A stretch of 61,680 bases of DNA, the filler included, from Nitrospirae bacterium CG2_30_53_67 (lineage in GTDB: Bacteria; CG2-30-53-67): assembly GCA_001873285.1 (NCBI GenBank). It is 4 parts of 4 records of this genome, joined end to end, with 100 filler letters (N's around TTAATTAATTAA, not from the genome) between each part and the next. Parts side by side here need not be neighbours in the genome. Positions count along the whole stretch, not along the records: positions 18,056 to 31,825 come from MNYV01000136.1; positions 31,926 to 49,387 come from MNYV01000070.1; 2 more parts are not named here. One strand, written 5' to 3'. The translations under genes were made by a program, and so were the position numbers. The notes beneath the pieces were generated by a model. The model was given only the letters and a program-made list of their open reading frames with translations, did no database searches and was not told the origin of the DNA. Positions within the stretch are counted from its first letter, which is position 1. Every line of letters begins with the position of its first letter. Positions 27,809 to 38,264 of this stretch are shown here, piece by piece.

Positions 27809-29188
27809 TTACCCTACCATAATATTTTCTTCGGGATATGTAAAGCCCTCGTCTCTTTTTTCACTTGTAATGGCAAGGGCAATGGTAATGGGTCCCAGCC
27901 GCCCGACAAACATCAGGACCATGAGAATCAGTTTTCCGGGAACCGACAACGACGGGGTCACGCCCGTAGAGAGCCCGACGGTGCCGAATGCAGAGACCGT
28001 TTCAAAGAGGTATTGGATGAAAAGGCCTCGGCTCTCCGTAACCGGAATATCCCCGGCGTCCGTGATCATCAAGGCCAGGGTGGAGAGGATGACCAATAAT
28101 ATAGATGCAAGAAAGATGGAGATCGTGCGTGATACGGCGCCGGCCGGAACCGTCCGTCCGAAAATAAAGGTCTCCGAACGGTTTTTCCATTTTGCCAGAG
28201 CCATAGCCAGGAGCACGGCAAAAGAGGTGGTCTTGATCCCTCCCCCGGTGGAGCCTGGAGATGCCCCGATAAACATGAAAAAGATCGTGAAAAGGAGCGT
28301 TCCGTTGGTCAGAAGGTTGTAATCCATGGTGTTGAATCCTGCGGTTCTGGGCGTGACCGACTGAAAAAGAGAGATCAGGATTTTTTCCCCGAAGGGGACG
28401 CCTGAAAGGGCGTGGCGCCATTCGAGCATGAGGAATATAACCAGCCCTGAGAGGACCAGGGAGGAAGTGGTCACAAGAACGATACGGCTGTGCAGGGAGA
28501 GCCGGGCCCTTTTCTTCCGGGTCAGCCGGTTGTTGATATATTGTCGTATATCTTGGACAACCACAAAGCCGAGCCCTCCTGAAATAATCAGCAGGACCAT
28601 GACGGCATTGATCCAGGGATCGTCCCGGAAGTCCATCAAACTTCGGGAGAAGAGAGAGAGGCCGGCATTGCAGAAAGCGGAAACAGAATGAAACAAGGCA
28701 TTATAAAGGGCCTCTCGCGGCGGGAAAAAGAAACTCCACCGGATGAAGAGGAATATAAGGCCGATTCCCTCGAACAGGATCGTCACTAAGAAAACATTTT
28801 TAATGAGACTAAGGAGCCCTTGGCCCAGTTTGTACGAGAGGGTCCCTTGAATCGCTTCTTTCCCCCTGAACGAAAGCTTTTTACCGAGAAGGAGCATCAC
28901 CACGGTGGTGTAGGTCATGATACCGAGGCCGCCGAGCTGGATCATGAGAAGGAGGATCATCTGACCGGTTGTGTTGAAACGGGTTCCGATATCGACCACG
29001 GAAAGTCCGGTCACGCAGACCGCGGATGTGGCCGTAAACAGGGCGTCAATTATGGATATGTGCCCTTCACGCAGAGAAAATGGGGCGTGCAGGAATATTC
29101 CTCCGGCCAGAATGGTGAGCACGAAGCTTCCAATCAGGAGGAAATTGGGATGGATCTGTTGCAGCATTCTGGAAGGTCTGATCTGCAT
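27809..29188 (-). CDS. ktrB: KtrB/TrkH potassium-uptake membrane subunit
   Basis: FTATSAVCVTGL, SAFCNAG, RTAGFN, GSTGGGIK, SAFGTVGLS. Confidence 0.95.
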   Translation of the reverse strand: MQIRPSRMLQQIHPNFLLIGSFVLTILAGGIFLHAPFSLREGHISIIDALFTATSAVCVTGLSVVDIGTRFNTTGQMILLLMIQLGGLGIMTYTTVVMLLLGKKLSFRGKEAIQGTLSYKLGQGLLSLIKNVFLVTILFEGIGLIFLFIRWSFFFPPREALYNALFHSVSAFCNAGLSLFSRSLMDFRDDPWINAVMVLLIISGGLGFVVVQDIRQYINNRLTRKKRARLSLHSRIVLVTTSSLVLSGLVIFLMLEWRHALSGVPFGEKILISLFQSVTPRTAGFNTMDYNLLTNGTLLFTIFFMFIGASPGSTGGGIKTTSFAVLLAMALAKWKNRSETFIFGRTVPAGAVSRTISIFLASILLVILSTLALMITDAGDIPVTESRGLFIQYLFETVSAFGTVGLSTGVTPSLSVPGKLILMVLMFVGRLGPITIALAITSEKRDEGFTYPEENIMVG

Positions 29189-29223
29189 AGTTTGTGTTTA
29201 TATCTTATGTTTCAGCGCCGGGA

Positions 29224-29320
29224 TTGATGGTCTCGTAAGAAATCTTATCCCATCCCCGCAAAAACACCGGGATCTGCGGCAAGGGAGAGGGATCTTTTGG
29301 ACTTTTTACGAGTTCATCAG
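29224..29320. mobile_element. Short MITE-like element (TIR GATG..CTCGTAA / TTACGAGTTCATC)
   Basis: Same TIR family as 40408-40562. Confidence 0.6.
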
Positions 29321-29457
29321 GATTCTCCGCTTACATACACAGCGGATGCATCATAACCTCATTCAACATAGATGGTCAAGATCGTTTTTTCTAACAAAAA
29401 AACCTTTATTTGTATCGTATCTCCGGTTATGGTAAATTGTGACAAAAGGAGTGATCC

Positions 29458-30114
29458 ATGAATGCCATCAAACGGCTTCTTGCAAAAGGAACGGCCAGCC
29501 ACTTTGTCAGGATCTCCTTTGCCATGCCCGGCTTTTTGAAGACGCAGGGATTTGCGCATTGGATGAACAGGATCTTTTCCGGGCTGGCGCCGGCGTACGA
29601 CCGGATCGGATCAAGGCTTGCATCCGAATCCGTGTTCCTGGGCCCCCTGGAGAAGGCGTCTCAGGGCTTGAAGGAGCCCCCCGAAAGCGTTCTGGACCTT
29701 GCCTGCGGCACCGGCCTCGCAACATTCCGGCTGAAGCATCTTTTTCCGGGATCCCTGGCCGTGGGGGCCGATCTTTCCACAGAGATGATTCAGATCATGA
29801 AGCGCAAGGCCCGAGATGCCGGCCTGAACGGGCTTTTTGCCCTGGTCTGCAATTCAGCCGAGCTCCCCTTCGGCGGCGACCGGTTTGATCTGGTGATCAC
29901 GCAGAATGCGCCCCCCTATCCCGAGGAGATGGTCCGGGTGCTCCGGCCAGGAGGAAGGATCTTCCTGCTCTATTCTTTTGTCTATCTCCCCCTGGTTCGG
30001 AACGCGGTGACCGAACGGTTGAAGAGACTGAACCTTGAGGAGGTCACGGTCGTGCAGGCCGGGGAGGGCATGGCCGCCACCGCCCGGAAGCCTGTAATGT
30101 CGTGTCACGTCTAA
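29458..30114 (+). CDS. Class I SAM-dependent methyltransferase
   Basis: VLDLACGTG, GADLS, LPF..FDLV, RVLRPGG. Confidence 0.88.
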   Translation: MNAIKRLLAKGTASHFVRISFAMPGFLKTQGFAHWMNRIFSGLAPAYDRIGSRLASESVFLGPLEKASQGLKEPPESVLDLACGTGLATFRLKHLFPGSLAVGADLSTEMIQIMKRKARDAGLNGLFALVCNSAELPFGGDRFDLVITQNAPPYPEEMVRVLRPGGRIFLLYSFVYLPLVRNAVTERLKRLNLEEVTVVQAGEGMAATARKPVMSCHV

Positions 30115-30261
30115 AATGACGTATCCCGTTTTCCCCATCACCTCAATCCCCAAGGGGAGAGGAAGTTCAAACATTCCTTCTCCCCATAGGGGAGAAGGTT
30201 AGGATGAGGGGGCGGCATAAAAAAGACACTACAAGGCTGACACGATAGTAGGGGCATCCTG

Positions 30262-31473
30262 ATGATTCTTGCCCGGATCGATTCCATGGCCTATGGCGGA
30301 TACGGCGTGGCACGGGTCGAGGGCTTCGTGCATTTCGTCCCGGAGAGCGTACCCGGCGACCTTGTGGAGATCGAACCGGTGATCCGGAAAAAGCACCATG
30401 GGTTTTCACGCCTCTGCCGGATTGTGGAGCCCTCTCCCCTTCGAACCGATCCCTTCTGCCCCTATTTCGGTGAGTGCGGAGGGTGCCAGCTCCAGCACAT
30501 TCAGTATGAGGAGCAGAAGAGGATCAAAAAGAAGATTTTTATTGAGCAGATGAAGCGGATCGGGGGTCTGACGGATATTTCTGAGCCTGAGATCCTGGGC
30601 TCCCAGACCGGAAGGACCCGGATGCGCTTTCATCTGCATCACGGGAAGATCGGACTTTACAGGACGAGGAGCCATACCCTCTGCCCGATCGAGGCATGCG
30701 GGATCGCATCTCCGCAGGTGAACGCTGTATTGCAGGAGATACACAAATCTCTGATGCGGAACCGAAAAAAACTAAACGGCACGATCACCATCCTCACTTC
30801 GCCGGCCGGCGCTCTCATTGCCGCCGCCCTTGCTGAAAGCGAGGCTCAAGATCTTTACCGGTCGCTCGGGCATGCCGTGCAGGGCTGTACGATCCTGAAA
30901 CAAAAAAAACGGATTGTGCTGGGGGAGCCCTATCTGGCCATGCCGGTGCAGGGGCTTCGGATCTTTGTCCCCCCGGACGCGTTCTGGCAGGTGAACCCGG
31001 AGATCAACGAAATTCTGGTCGGCGGGATCTGCGAGTTCATGCAGGGCTCGGATCGGGTGATGGATTTTTTTTGCGGCTGCGGGAACATCACCCTTCCCCT
31101 CTCCCAGGTCTGTGCCAGAGTGGTTGGGGTCGAATCGGAATTCTCTTCGGTTGATGCGGCCTGGCATTCCGCATTAAAAGCAGGGATCACCAATGTCTCT
31201 TTCCGGTTGGCCGATGTGCAAAAGGCGGAAATCGGGGATGCGGACGGCCTTGTCCTGGACCCGCCCCGCTCCGGACTCCAGGCCGCCTTGATCCGGAATA
31301 TCATAAAACAAAGGCCCATGAAAATCGCCTATGTCTCCTGCAATCCGTCCACGCTGGCCCGGGATCTTCGACTTCTGATGGACTCGGGATACCGGATAGA
31401 TTCAATCCGCCTGCTCGATATGTTCCCTCACACCTATCATATTGAGTCACTAACTTTTTTAACTGCCGATTAG
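30262..31473 (+). CDS. RlmD/TrmA-family RNA m5U methyltransferase
   Basis: TRAM domain, CPYFGECGGC, FWQVN, LDPPRSG, YVSCNPSTLARD, DMFPHTYHIE. Confidence 0.93.
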   Translation: MILARIDSMAYGGYGVARVEGFVHFVPESVPGDLVEIEPVIRKKHHGFSRLCRIVEPSPLRTDPFCPYFGECGGCQLQHIQYEEQKRIKKKIFIEQMKRIGGLTDISEPEILGSQTGRTRMRFHLHHGKIGLYRTRSHTLCPIEACGIASPQVNAVLQEIHKSLMRNRKKLNGTITILTSPAGALIAAALAESEAQDLYRSLGHAVQGCTILKQKKRIVLGEPYLAMPVQGLRIFVPPDAFWQVNPEINEILVGGICEFMQGSDRVMDFFCGCGNITLPLSQVCARVVGVESEFSSVDAAWHSALKAGITNVSFRLADVQKAEIGDADGLVLDPPRSGLQAALIRNIIKQRPMKIAYVSCNPSTLARDLRLLMDSGYRIDSIRLLDMFPHTYHIESLTFLTAD

Positions 31474-31601
31474 AGTTCATCTTCAATTATTGTATTCTTT
31501 ATCGATGGGAATTTATGGATCATCTCCAGTAAAATAGGAGTAAAATAGGGACAGCGCCCATTTTACTTGACTTCACATTCTGCATTGTTTACCATTGGCC
31601 C

Positions 31602-31825
31602 ATGCCGAGAATCTCCAGAGCCGTAGCTGTAGGCTTTCCTCATCACATCACTCAACGGGGCAATTACCGGCAGAGCGTCTTTGAAAGAAAAGACGATTAC
31701 CTGTTTTATCTTGAATGGCTCAAGACATACAGCAGCAAATATTCACTCAAAATATGGGCCTACTGCCTGATGAAGAACCACGTTCACTTCATCGCAGTGC
31801 CCATGGAGTCCGATTCCATGGCAAG
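31602..31825 (+). mobile_element. REP-associated tyrosine transposase (RAYT, Y1 HuH), truncated by contig end
   Basis: MPR..R..V.G.PHHITQRGN.RQ.VF...D; AYCLM.NHVH HuH motif. Confidence 0.88.
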
Positions 31826-31925
31826 NNNNNNNNNNNNNNNNNNNNNNNNNNNNNNNNNNNNNNNNNNNNTTAATTAATTAANNNNNNNNNNNNNNNNNNN
31901 NNNNNNNNNNNNNNNNNNNNNNNNN
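31826..31925. other. Artificial contig linker
   Basis: N runs around TTAATTAATTAA. Confidence 0.99.
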
Positions 31926-32017
31926 AATGTCCCGATCATGACGATGACCGCGGCATACCACTTGTAGCGAATCCCTAAATAATAGCGCTCGTTTCCGATT
32001 CTGTGTGAAGGAGACAT
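31926..32017 (-). CDS. 5' end of a probable DHA2/EmrB MFS efflux permease (truncated)
   Basis: MSPSHRIGNERYYLGIRYKWYAAVIVMIGT.., directly downstream of an EmrA-like gene. Confidence 0.65.
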
Positions 32018-32023
32018 GGTCTG

Positions 32024-33166
32024 TTACTCTTTGGCATCATCGGAGTGCGCCTTGTCCTCATTCAATTCAATACCCACGGTGACGGACATCCCCGGTTTGA
32101 GCAGGCCCTTGTCTTTTTCCTCAACCGAGATCTTGATCGGGATCCGCTGGACCACCTTGGTGAACTCGCCAGCGGAGTTGTCCCTGGGGATCAGGGCAAA
32201 CTTGGCCCCGGCCGCCTCTCCGACCAGGATCACCTTGCCGTGAAAGGTCTTACCGCCGTAGGTGTCCACGTCCAGGTCCACGTTCTGGCCCACCTTGACT
32301 CCCTCGGTCTTGGTCTCCTCCAGGTTGGCCGTGACATAGACACTCCCTTTGTCATACACAGACAAAACCGGATAACCGGCGCTGATGAAATCCCCCTGGT
32401 TCATGAATTTCTTGGCCACCACGCCCTGCACCTGGCTTTTTATCCTCGTATATCCCAGGCTGGTCCTGGCCACGTTCAGCCCCTCCTGTGCGGCCTTGAG
32501 CGCGGAGCGCATGGCCTCCACGGCGCTCTCAGCCTCCTTGACCTGATAGCTGCCTGCCCTGGCCTGCCGGAGGTCCGCCTCCGCGGCCGCAACTTTGGAG
32601 CGGACGCCGATCCGCGCCGCCTCCATGACATCATACCGGCTTTTTGAAACGGCCCCGGATTGCAACAGACCCTGGATCCGGTCATAATCCTTCTGCACCT
32701 GATCCGCATCGGCCCCTGCGGCGGTCAACTGGCTTTCGGCCCTGCGGATCTGCTCTCGTGAGGCCACACGAAGGTTCTCCAGGGCGGCAAGGCTCCGGTT
32801 CAGGTTGCTTTGGGCTGCCCTGACATTGGCCTCCTGAAGGGCGGCCTGGTTCCGGTAATCCGTTTCATTGATCTCCACGAGGAGCTCCCCTTTTTCAATC
32901 GGGTCGCCCTCCTGCACATGGATCTTCTGGATATAACCGGAGACCAGCGGGGCCACGTTGATCATGTCCGATTCCACGAAGGCATTGTCCGTGATGGCAT
33001 GGGTGAACCGGTAATGGAACCACTTCACTGCGATCACAGCAAAGATGATCAGGACGATCAGGAAAAAGACAAGGAAGACCTTTTTGCCGGTGGTCATGGC
33101 CGGTTTTTCTCCTGAGGCTTCCTTTTTTTCTTCGGATCTTTTTTCTTCCATGGATGGATCTGTCAT
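32024..33166 (-). CDS. EmrA/HlyD-family membrane fusion protein
   Basis: TM anchor, TDNAFV, ANLEET, FALIPRDNSAGEFTKVVQRIPIKI. Confidence 0.93.
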   Translation of the reverse strand: MTDPSMEEKRSEEKKEASGEKPAMTTGKKVFLVFFLIVLIIFAVIAVKWFHYRFTHAITDNAFVESDMINVAPLVSGYIQKIHVQEGDPIEKGELLVEINETDYRNQAALQEANVRAAQSNLNRSLAALENLRVASREQIRRAESQLTAAGADADQVQKDYDRIQGLLQSGAVSKSRYDVMEAARIGVRSKVAAAEADLRQARAGSYQVKEAESAVEAMRSALKAAQEGLNVARTSLGYTRIKSQVQGVVAKKFMNQGDFISAGYPVLSVYDKGSVYVTANLEETKTEGVKVGQNVDLDVDTYGGKTFHGKVILVGEAAGAKFALIPRDNSAGEFTKVVQRIPIKISVEEKDKGLLKPGMSVTVGIELNEDKAHSDDAKE

Positions 33167-33243
33167 CTCTTCTTCCCTTTTTTGGCAAGGCCGAAAGCGT
33201 GACCGTGGTTTCTCGGCAGCCTGCTGATATTTTTACGCCTGGA

Positions 33244-33534
33244 TTAGACAACCCGGATCACAGGCAGTTCAAAAACCTTGAACCCGGAGCCGCCGAGTCT
33301 GTCCGACAGTTCCTGCACGGCCTTCATGACCGTGTCTTCGATCTCTTCTTCTACGGCCACAGCCACGGCGCGGTTGAAGCCGGGCCAGACCGGGGTGTCG
33401 AGCTTAGGATCGGAGTTCTTCCCTTTTCCCAGGACGCGGTCCCACTGGGTGTAGCCGGTGACGCGGCAGTGGTTGAGAGTCTCCATGACGTCTTCGTCGA
33501 AGTCCACATCATAAATTATTAATAGCAGCTTCAT
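33244..33534 (-). CDS. PG0541-family PII-like transporter-associated protein
   Basis: GYTQW..V.GKG....P.L.T.VWPG.N motif. Confidence 0.8.
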   Translation of the reverse strand: MKLLLIIYDVDFDEDVMETLNHCRVTGYTQWDRVLGKGKNSDPKLDTPVWPGFNRAVAVAVEEEIEDTVMKAVQELSDRLGGSGFKVFELPVIRVV

Positions 33535-33593
33535 TTTTGGTATTTCCCCCATTTCATTTTAGGGTCTTGCTTCGCCCGTAAGGTTAGCGGCAT

Positions 33594-33910
33594 AGGGTTC
33601 AAGGGGCCGAGGGGTCAAGGGTTCAAGTGGTTCAAGAAAACAAGTATCCCAAGGGTTCAAGGGTCCAAGTGAAATGCTGAAACACAACTAAAATCTCCGG
33701 AGAACATTCACTCGAGCCCTTCAACCCTCGGACCCTCGAACCCTTCCTTTTGTCTTTCCTCTCACTCGACCCCTTGAACCCTTGACCCCTTGAACCCTGA
33801 TTTCTTCAACCCCTGACCCCTCGACCCCTTGAACCCTCGAACCCTGTCTTTTTTCTTTCCTCTCACTTGACCCCTCGACCCCTTGAATCCTCGAACCCTG
33901 TCTTTTTTCT
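33594..33910. repeat. Inverted arrays of 7-8 bp units (GGGTTCAA / TTGAACCC) around a short core
   Basis: Left arm GGGTTCAAG units, core GTGAAATGCTGAAA...AAATCTCC, right arm CCCTTGAA/CCCTCGA units with a larger duplicated block. Confidence 0.8.
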
Positions 33911-36900
33911 TCTCTCAAACATATAGTAGATGGTCGGGATCAGGACCAGCGTCACCAGGGTGGAGACGGTGAGTCCTCCGATCATGGTGATTCCCAGGGG
34001 GTTCCAGACCTCCGCGCCCACCTGCCGGGACACGGCCAGGGGGACCATGCCGAAGAGCGTGGTGAGCGTGGTCATGAGCACGGGCCTCAGGCGGTGCTTT
34101 CCGGCCTGGGTCACGGCATCGAGCAGCTCGTAACCCCGCTTCTGCAGGAGATGGATATAGTCCACGAGGATGATCGCATTGTTCACCACGATCCCCATGA
34201 GCATGATCACTCCCATGAAGGAGATGAGCCCCAGGCTCACGCCGGTGAGGTAAAAGGCATAGATCACCCCGGTAAAGGCAAAGGGGATGGAGAACATGAT
34301 GATGAACGGGTCCCTCAGGTTCTCAAACAATGCGGCCATGATCATGTAAACCAGGAGGATCCCCAGGATGAGCAGGGACGTCAACTCGCCGAAGGCCTTC
34401 TTCTGCTCCTCCACGTCGCCGCCGAAACTCACGGTAACCCCGTCGGGAAGCCCCATGCCCTCAAGGGTCTCTCGGATCTCTTTGGTGGCGTCGCCGAGGG
34501 CGCGCCCGAACAGATCCGCCTCCACGCGTACGACCTGCTGCCGGTTCTTGCGCTCGATCTCAATGGGACCCTCCCCTTCCACAATCCGGGCCAGGTTGCT
34601 CAGCCGGATCTTCCTTCCGTCGGGGGTGAAGATCGGGGCGTCGAGCAGGTTTTGGAGACGATCCTTGTCGGCCTCGTCAAATCGGGTGAAGATGTCGTAG
34701 CTGTCCGCTGCGTCCTTGTATTCGGAGGCATCCTTTCCGTAAAAATAGTTTCTGAGAGTCCCCGCGACGGCAGCGATGTTCAGCCCCAGGGCCGCGGCCT
34801 TTTGCCGGTCCACATCCACCCAGAGCTCGGGCCTCGGGTCCTTCTGGGTCACAGCCACGTCCACCAGCCCCGGCATCTTGTAGAGGACGTCCCTGAGCTT
34901 TCGGGCGAAGGCGACGTTTTCGTCCAGATCCGAGCCCTGGATCTCGACGGAGATCGGTTTATTGCTCCCCATGAGCGCCATGGAGACCGGGTCCTGCGCG
35001 CTCACGCGGATCTTGCTGATCCCCGGGATCTTCTCCACCTTCTTTCTCAGGGCCGCAGCGATCTCATCGGTGCTCCTCTCTCTCTCTGTCTTGGGTGCCA
35101 TCTTGAAAAAGAGGTTCCCCACGTTCGGCCCTTCATCAAAGCCCAGGGCTACGCCGATCCCCCGCTCGGTCTGCCCGCCGAAGGCATAGGAATGCAAAAG
35201 CTCTTCGGGACGAATCACATCGTCAACATTATGAAAGATCTCCTCGATGACCTTTGTGCTCTCTTCGATCCGGGTCCCCTCGGGAAGCCTGAAGTCGATG
35301 CTCAGGTCCCCGGTGTCGGTCTTGGGCATGAAGGAGGTGGAGAGGAACGGAATGAGCGAGAGCCCGCTCATAAAAAAGCAGACGGATAGGAGAACCACGG
35401 TCTTCTTATGGCCAAGCGCCCAGGTGAGCAGCCGGCTGTAGGCCTCTTCGATCCATTCAAACCACGCTTCGGTCTTGCCGTAGAACCTCCCCAGGACCCC
35501 GTTCCGCTCAGAGCCTTTTCCAGGCGCGGGCCTGAGCCATCGGGAGGAGAGCATGGGCGTCAAAGAAAGGGACGTGAAGAGGGAGGCCATGAGGGTCGCC
35601 ACGAGCACGAAGCCGAGCTGTTTGAAGATGATCCCCGCGAGCCCGGTCAGGAACATCAGAGGGAGAAAGATCACCGCCGTGGTCATGGTGGAGGCGGTGA
35701 TGGCCATGCCCATCTCGCTCGTCCCGAAGACGGCCGCGGTCGTGACGCGGCCCCCATGTTCCACGTGCCGCGTAATGTTCTCGAGCACCACGATCCCGTT
35801 GTCCACGACCATGCCCGAGGCAATGGCCAGGGACATGAGGGACATGAGATTGATGGTATAACCGAAGAGGTAGAGCAGGATAAAGGAGATGATCAAAGAA
35901 AAGGGAATGATCAGCGAGATGATCACGGCGGTCCGCACCCGTCTTAGGAAAAAGACCGTTACGATGACCACGAAAAAAATGCTCCACATCAACGTATCGG
36001 CCAGGTTCCTGACCGAGGTCAGGATGTTATCGGAGTTGTCCATGACCACATTGACCTGGACGTCCGATGGCAGGCCGGATCGGATCCGGTCGAGCTCGTG
36101 CTTGACCCGGCGGGTCACGTCCACGGTGTTCTTGCCGGTCTGCTTCTGCAGGATCATCACCAGGCCTTCCTTGCCGTCCCCCCAGCCGTGCAGGTCCACG
36201 GGCTTGTACGCGTCCTCCACCGCGGCCACGTCCCGGAGATAGACGGGCCTTGATCCTTCATGCCCGATCACCGTGTCCCGGATCTCCTCCATGGTCCGGT
36301 ACCGGCCGGGAATCCGGACAAAATACTCACGCAGGCCTGACTTGATGCTCCCCGCCGGGATGTTCAGATTTTCGGCGGCAAGCACGCGGTTGACCTGTTC
36401 GATGGAGAGGTTGAAGCCCTCGAGCTTTCGAATGTCGAAGTAGATGTTGATCCGCCGCCGGAGCCCGCCGTAGATCTCCATGCCCCCCACGCCCGGGATC
36501 CGCTTCAGCTCGTCGGCGATCTTTTTGTCCGCGAGATGGAAGAGCCTCGGCCAGGTCAGATCCCCGGTGACGGTGAGAAAGAGGATCGGGGCCGTGGCGC
36601 TGCTGAACTTGAAGAGCATGGGCTGTTCGATATCGCCGGGCAGCTCCTTCTTGGCCATCTCCAGGGCGTCCCGGATGTCGTTTCCGGCTTCGTCCAGGTC
36701 CGTGCCCCAGTCGAACTTGCACTGGACCAGGGAAAGGTTGTCAATGGACTTGGAGGTCAGGGTGTCGAGATTGTTGACCACGCTGACCCAGTTTTCGATC
36801 TCCTTGGTGACCTCGGTCTCCACGTCCGATGCCGAGGCCCCTGGCCAGTTGGTCATGATGGAGATCACCGGCGGCTCGATGTTGGGAAACATGTCGATGC

Positions 36901-36997
36901 CGAGACGGGACATGGAGAAAAGGCCGATGATGAAGACCCCCAGGAAGAGCATGAGGATGGCCACGGGCTGTCTGACTGAAAACTCCGGAAGCTTCAT
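33863..36997 (-). CDS. RND efflux permease (AcrB/AcrD/AcrF superfamily)
   Basis: 1044 aa; GMVVDNGIVVLENI, GIVVNNAIILVD, RLRPVLMT. Confidence 0.96.
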   Translation of the reverse strand: MKLPEFSVRQPVAILMLFLGVFIIGLFSMSRLGIDMFPNIEPPVISIMTNWPGASASDVETEVTKEIENWVSVVNNLDTLTSKSIDNLSLVQCKFDWGTDLDEAGNDIRDALEMAKKELPGDIEQPMLFKFSSATAPILFLTVTGDLTWPRLFHLADKKIADELKRIPGVGGMEIYGGLRRRINIYFDIRKLEGFNLSIEQVNRVLAAENLNIPAGSIKSGLREYFVRIPGRYRTMEEIRDTVIGHEGSRPVYLRDVAAVEDAYKPVDLHGWGDGKEGLVMILQKQTGKNTVDVTRRVKHELDRIRSGLPSDVQVNVVMDNSDNILTSVRNLADTLMWSIFFVVIVTVFFLRRVRTAVIISLIIPFSLIISFILLYLFGYTINLMSLMSLAIASGMVVDNGIVVLENITRHVEHGGRVTTAAVFGTSEMGMAITASTMTTAVIFLPLMFLTGLAGIIFKQLGFVLVATLMASLFTSLSLTPMLSSRWLRPAPGKGSERNGVLGRFYGKTEAWFEWIEEAYSRLLTWALGHKKTVVLLSVCFFMSGLSLIPFLSTSFMPKTDTGDLSIDFRLPEGTRIEESTKVIEEIFHNVDDVIRPEELLHSYAFGGQTERGIGVALGFDEGPNVGNLFFKMAPKTERERSTDEIAAALRKKVEKIPGISKIRVSAQDPVSMALMGSNKPISVEIQGSDLDENVAFARKLRDVLYKMPGLVDVAVTQKDPRPELWVDVDRQKAAALGLNIAAVAGTLRNYFYGKDASEYKDAADSYDIFTRFDEADKDRLQNLLDAPIFTPDGRKIRLSNLARIVEGEGPIEIERKNRQQVVRVEADLFGRALGDATKEIRETLEGMGLPDGVTVSFGGDVEEQKKAFGELTSLLILGILLVYMIMAALFENLRDPFIIMFSIPFAFTGVIYAFYLTGVSLGLISFMGVIMLMGIVVNNAIILVDYIHLLQKRGYELLDAVTQAGKHRLRPVLMTTLTTLFGMVPLAVSRQVGAEVWNPLGITMIGGLTVSTLVTLVLIPTIYYMFERRKKTGFEDSRGRGVK

Positions 36998-38198
36998 CCC
37001 TTGCCCTTTCCGTTCTCTTTGTTCTCTTTGTTCTCTTTGGGCGCGGCCCCGCCCTCCCCGGTTTCAACGGTTACGGCATAGCCGTGCTTGAGCCGGTTCT
37101 GCCCTTTGATCACGACCTGCTCTCCGGCCGAGACCCCCTCCAGGACCTCCGCATCATTCTCCTGGTATCGCCCCAGTTTCAGGTTGCGGAGTTCCGCTTT
37201 CCCGTCTTTGACTACAAAGAGATAAAAACGGCCCGTGCCCGGATCGGTCTTAAGGGCGTCCCTCGGCGCCACGACCCCCTCTTTCTTTCCGAGATGAATT
37301 TCCAGATGGGCGAACATGCCTGAGNNNNNNNNNNNNCGAACATGCCTGAGCGCAGCGTCAGGTCCGGATTTGCCACATGGATTTCCACCTCTCCGGTGCG
37401 GGTAGCCGGGTCGAGGGTCGGATTGATCAGCGAGATTTCCCCGGAGAAGATTTTGTCGGGGAAGGCGTCCACGCGCATCTCAATGTGCATCCCCTTCCGG
37501 ATATTCGGGAAGTCCCTCTCCGTGACCGTGGTCACGATCTTGAGCGTTTTGTCTGAGGAGATACGAAGCACGGGCCGGCCTGGATCGGAGAGCGAGCCCC
37601 GGTCCACGTAACGGGCCGAGACATAACCGCTGATCGGGGCGAAGATCTTGTGGTCGTCCCGCAGGACCTTGAGCTGTCTGAGCTGGGCCTGGATCCCCTC
37701 GACCTGGGCCTTTGCGCTCAACTGCCGGGCCTCGGCCACGTCGAGCCGCTGCTGGGACACGGCATTCATCTCAAAGAGTTTCCGGAGGCGCACAATCTCC
37801 TTTTCCGCCAGATCAAGATCCGCTTGCGCCGCGTGCAGGGATGCATCCTCCTGCTGGATCTGCGCTTCGATGCCCCGGGCCTCGAGCGCCGCCAGAAGCT
37901 CCCCTCGATTCACAAAGTCCCCCTTGTCCACCTTGAGGATCTCGATAATCTTTCCCGGAACCTTAGGATAGACCGTGACCTCCGCCCCCGAACGGAGATC
38001 GCCCGTCTGATCAATCACGCGGTCCAGAGATGCCGTCCTCGCCGGGACCGTCTGGACCGGCACGACTTCGACTTTGCTCTCCTCGGCGGTCTTGCCCAGC
38101 CTCGCACGGACCACGTTGATCAGCGTCACGGCGGTAAAAAGGAGGATGAGTATGACCGCAATCGAGATACCTCGTTTCTTGGCGTCCATAGGTTCCAT
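36994..38198 (-). CDS. RND periplasmic adaptor (one gene split by an assembly gap)
   Basis: Adaptor motifs on both sides of the N12 gap; the 14-bp CGAACATGCCTGAG is duplicated across the gap and merging restores the frame. Confidence 0.9.
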
Positions 38199-38264
38199 CA
38201 GTCTGAGCCCTTTCTTTAATTCAGATTCTTCTCCTCTACGAGCCATCGGCCATTTGGCGGGCCA

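Noticed and set aside
33594..33910. Possible CRISPR array or coding repeat ORF (33721-33918)
   Set aside because: Degenerate 7-8 bp units without spacers; the ORF is a translation of the repeat.
37311..37350. Apparent frameshift or split of the RND adaptor gene
   Set aside because: A 14-bp sequence is duplicated across an N12 scaffold gap; merging restores one ORF, so this is an assembly artefact.
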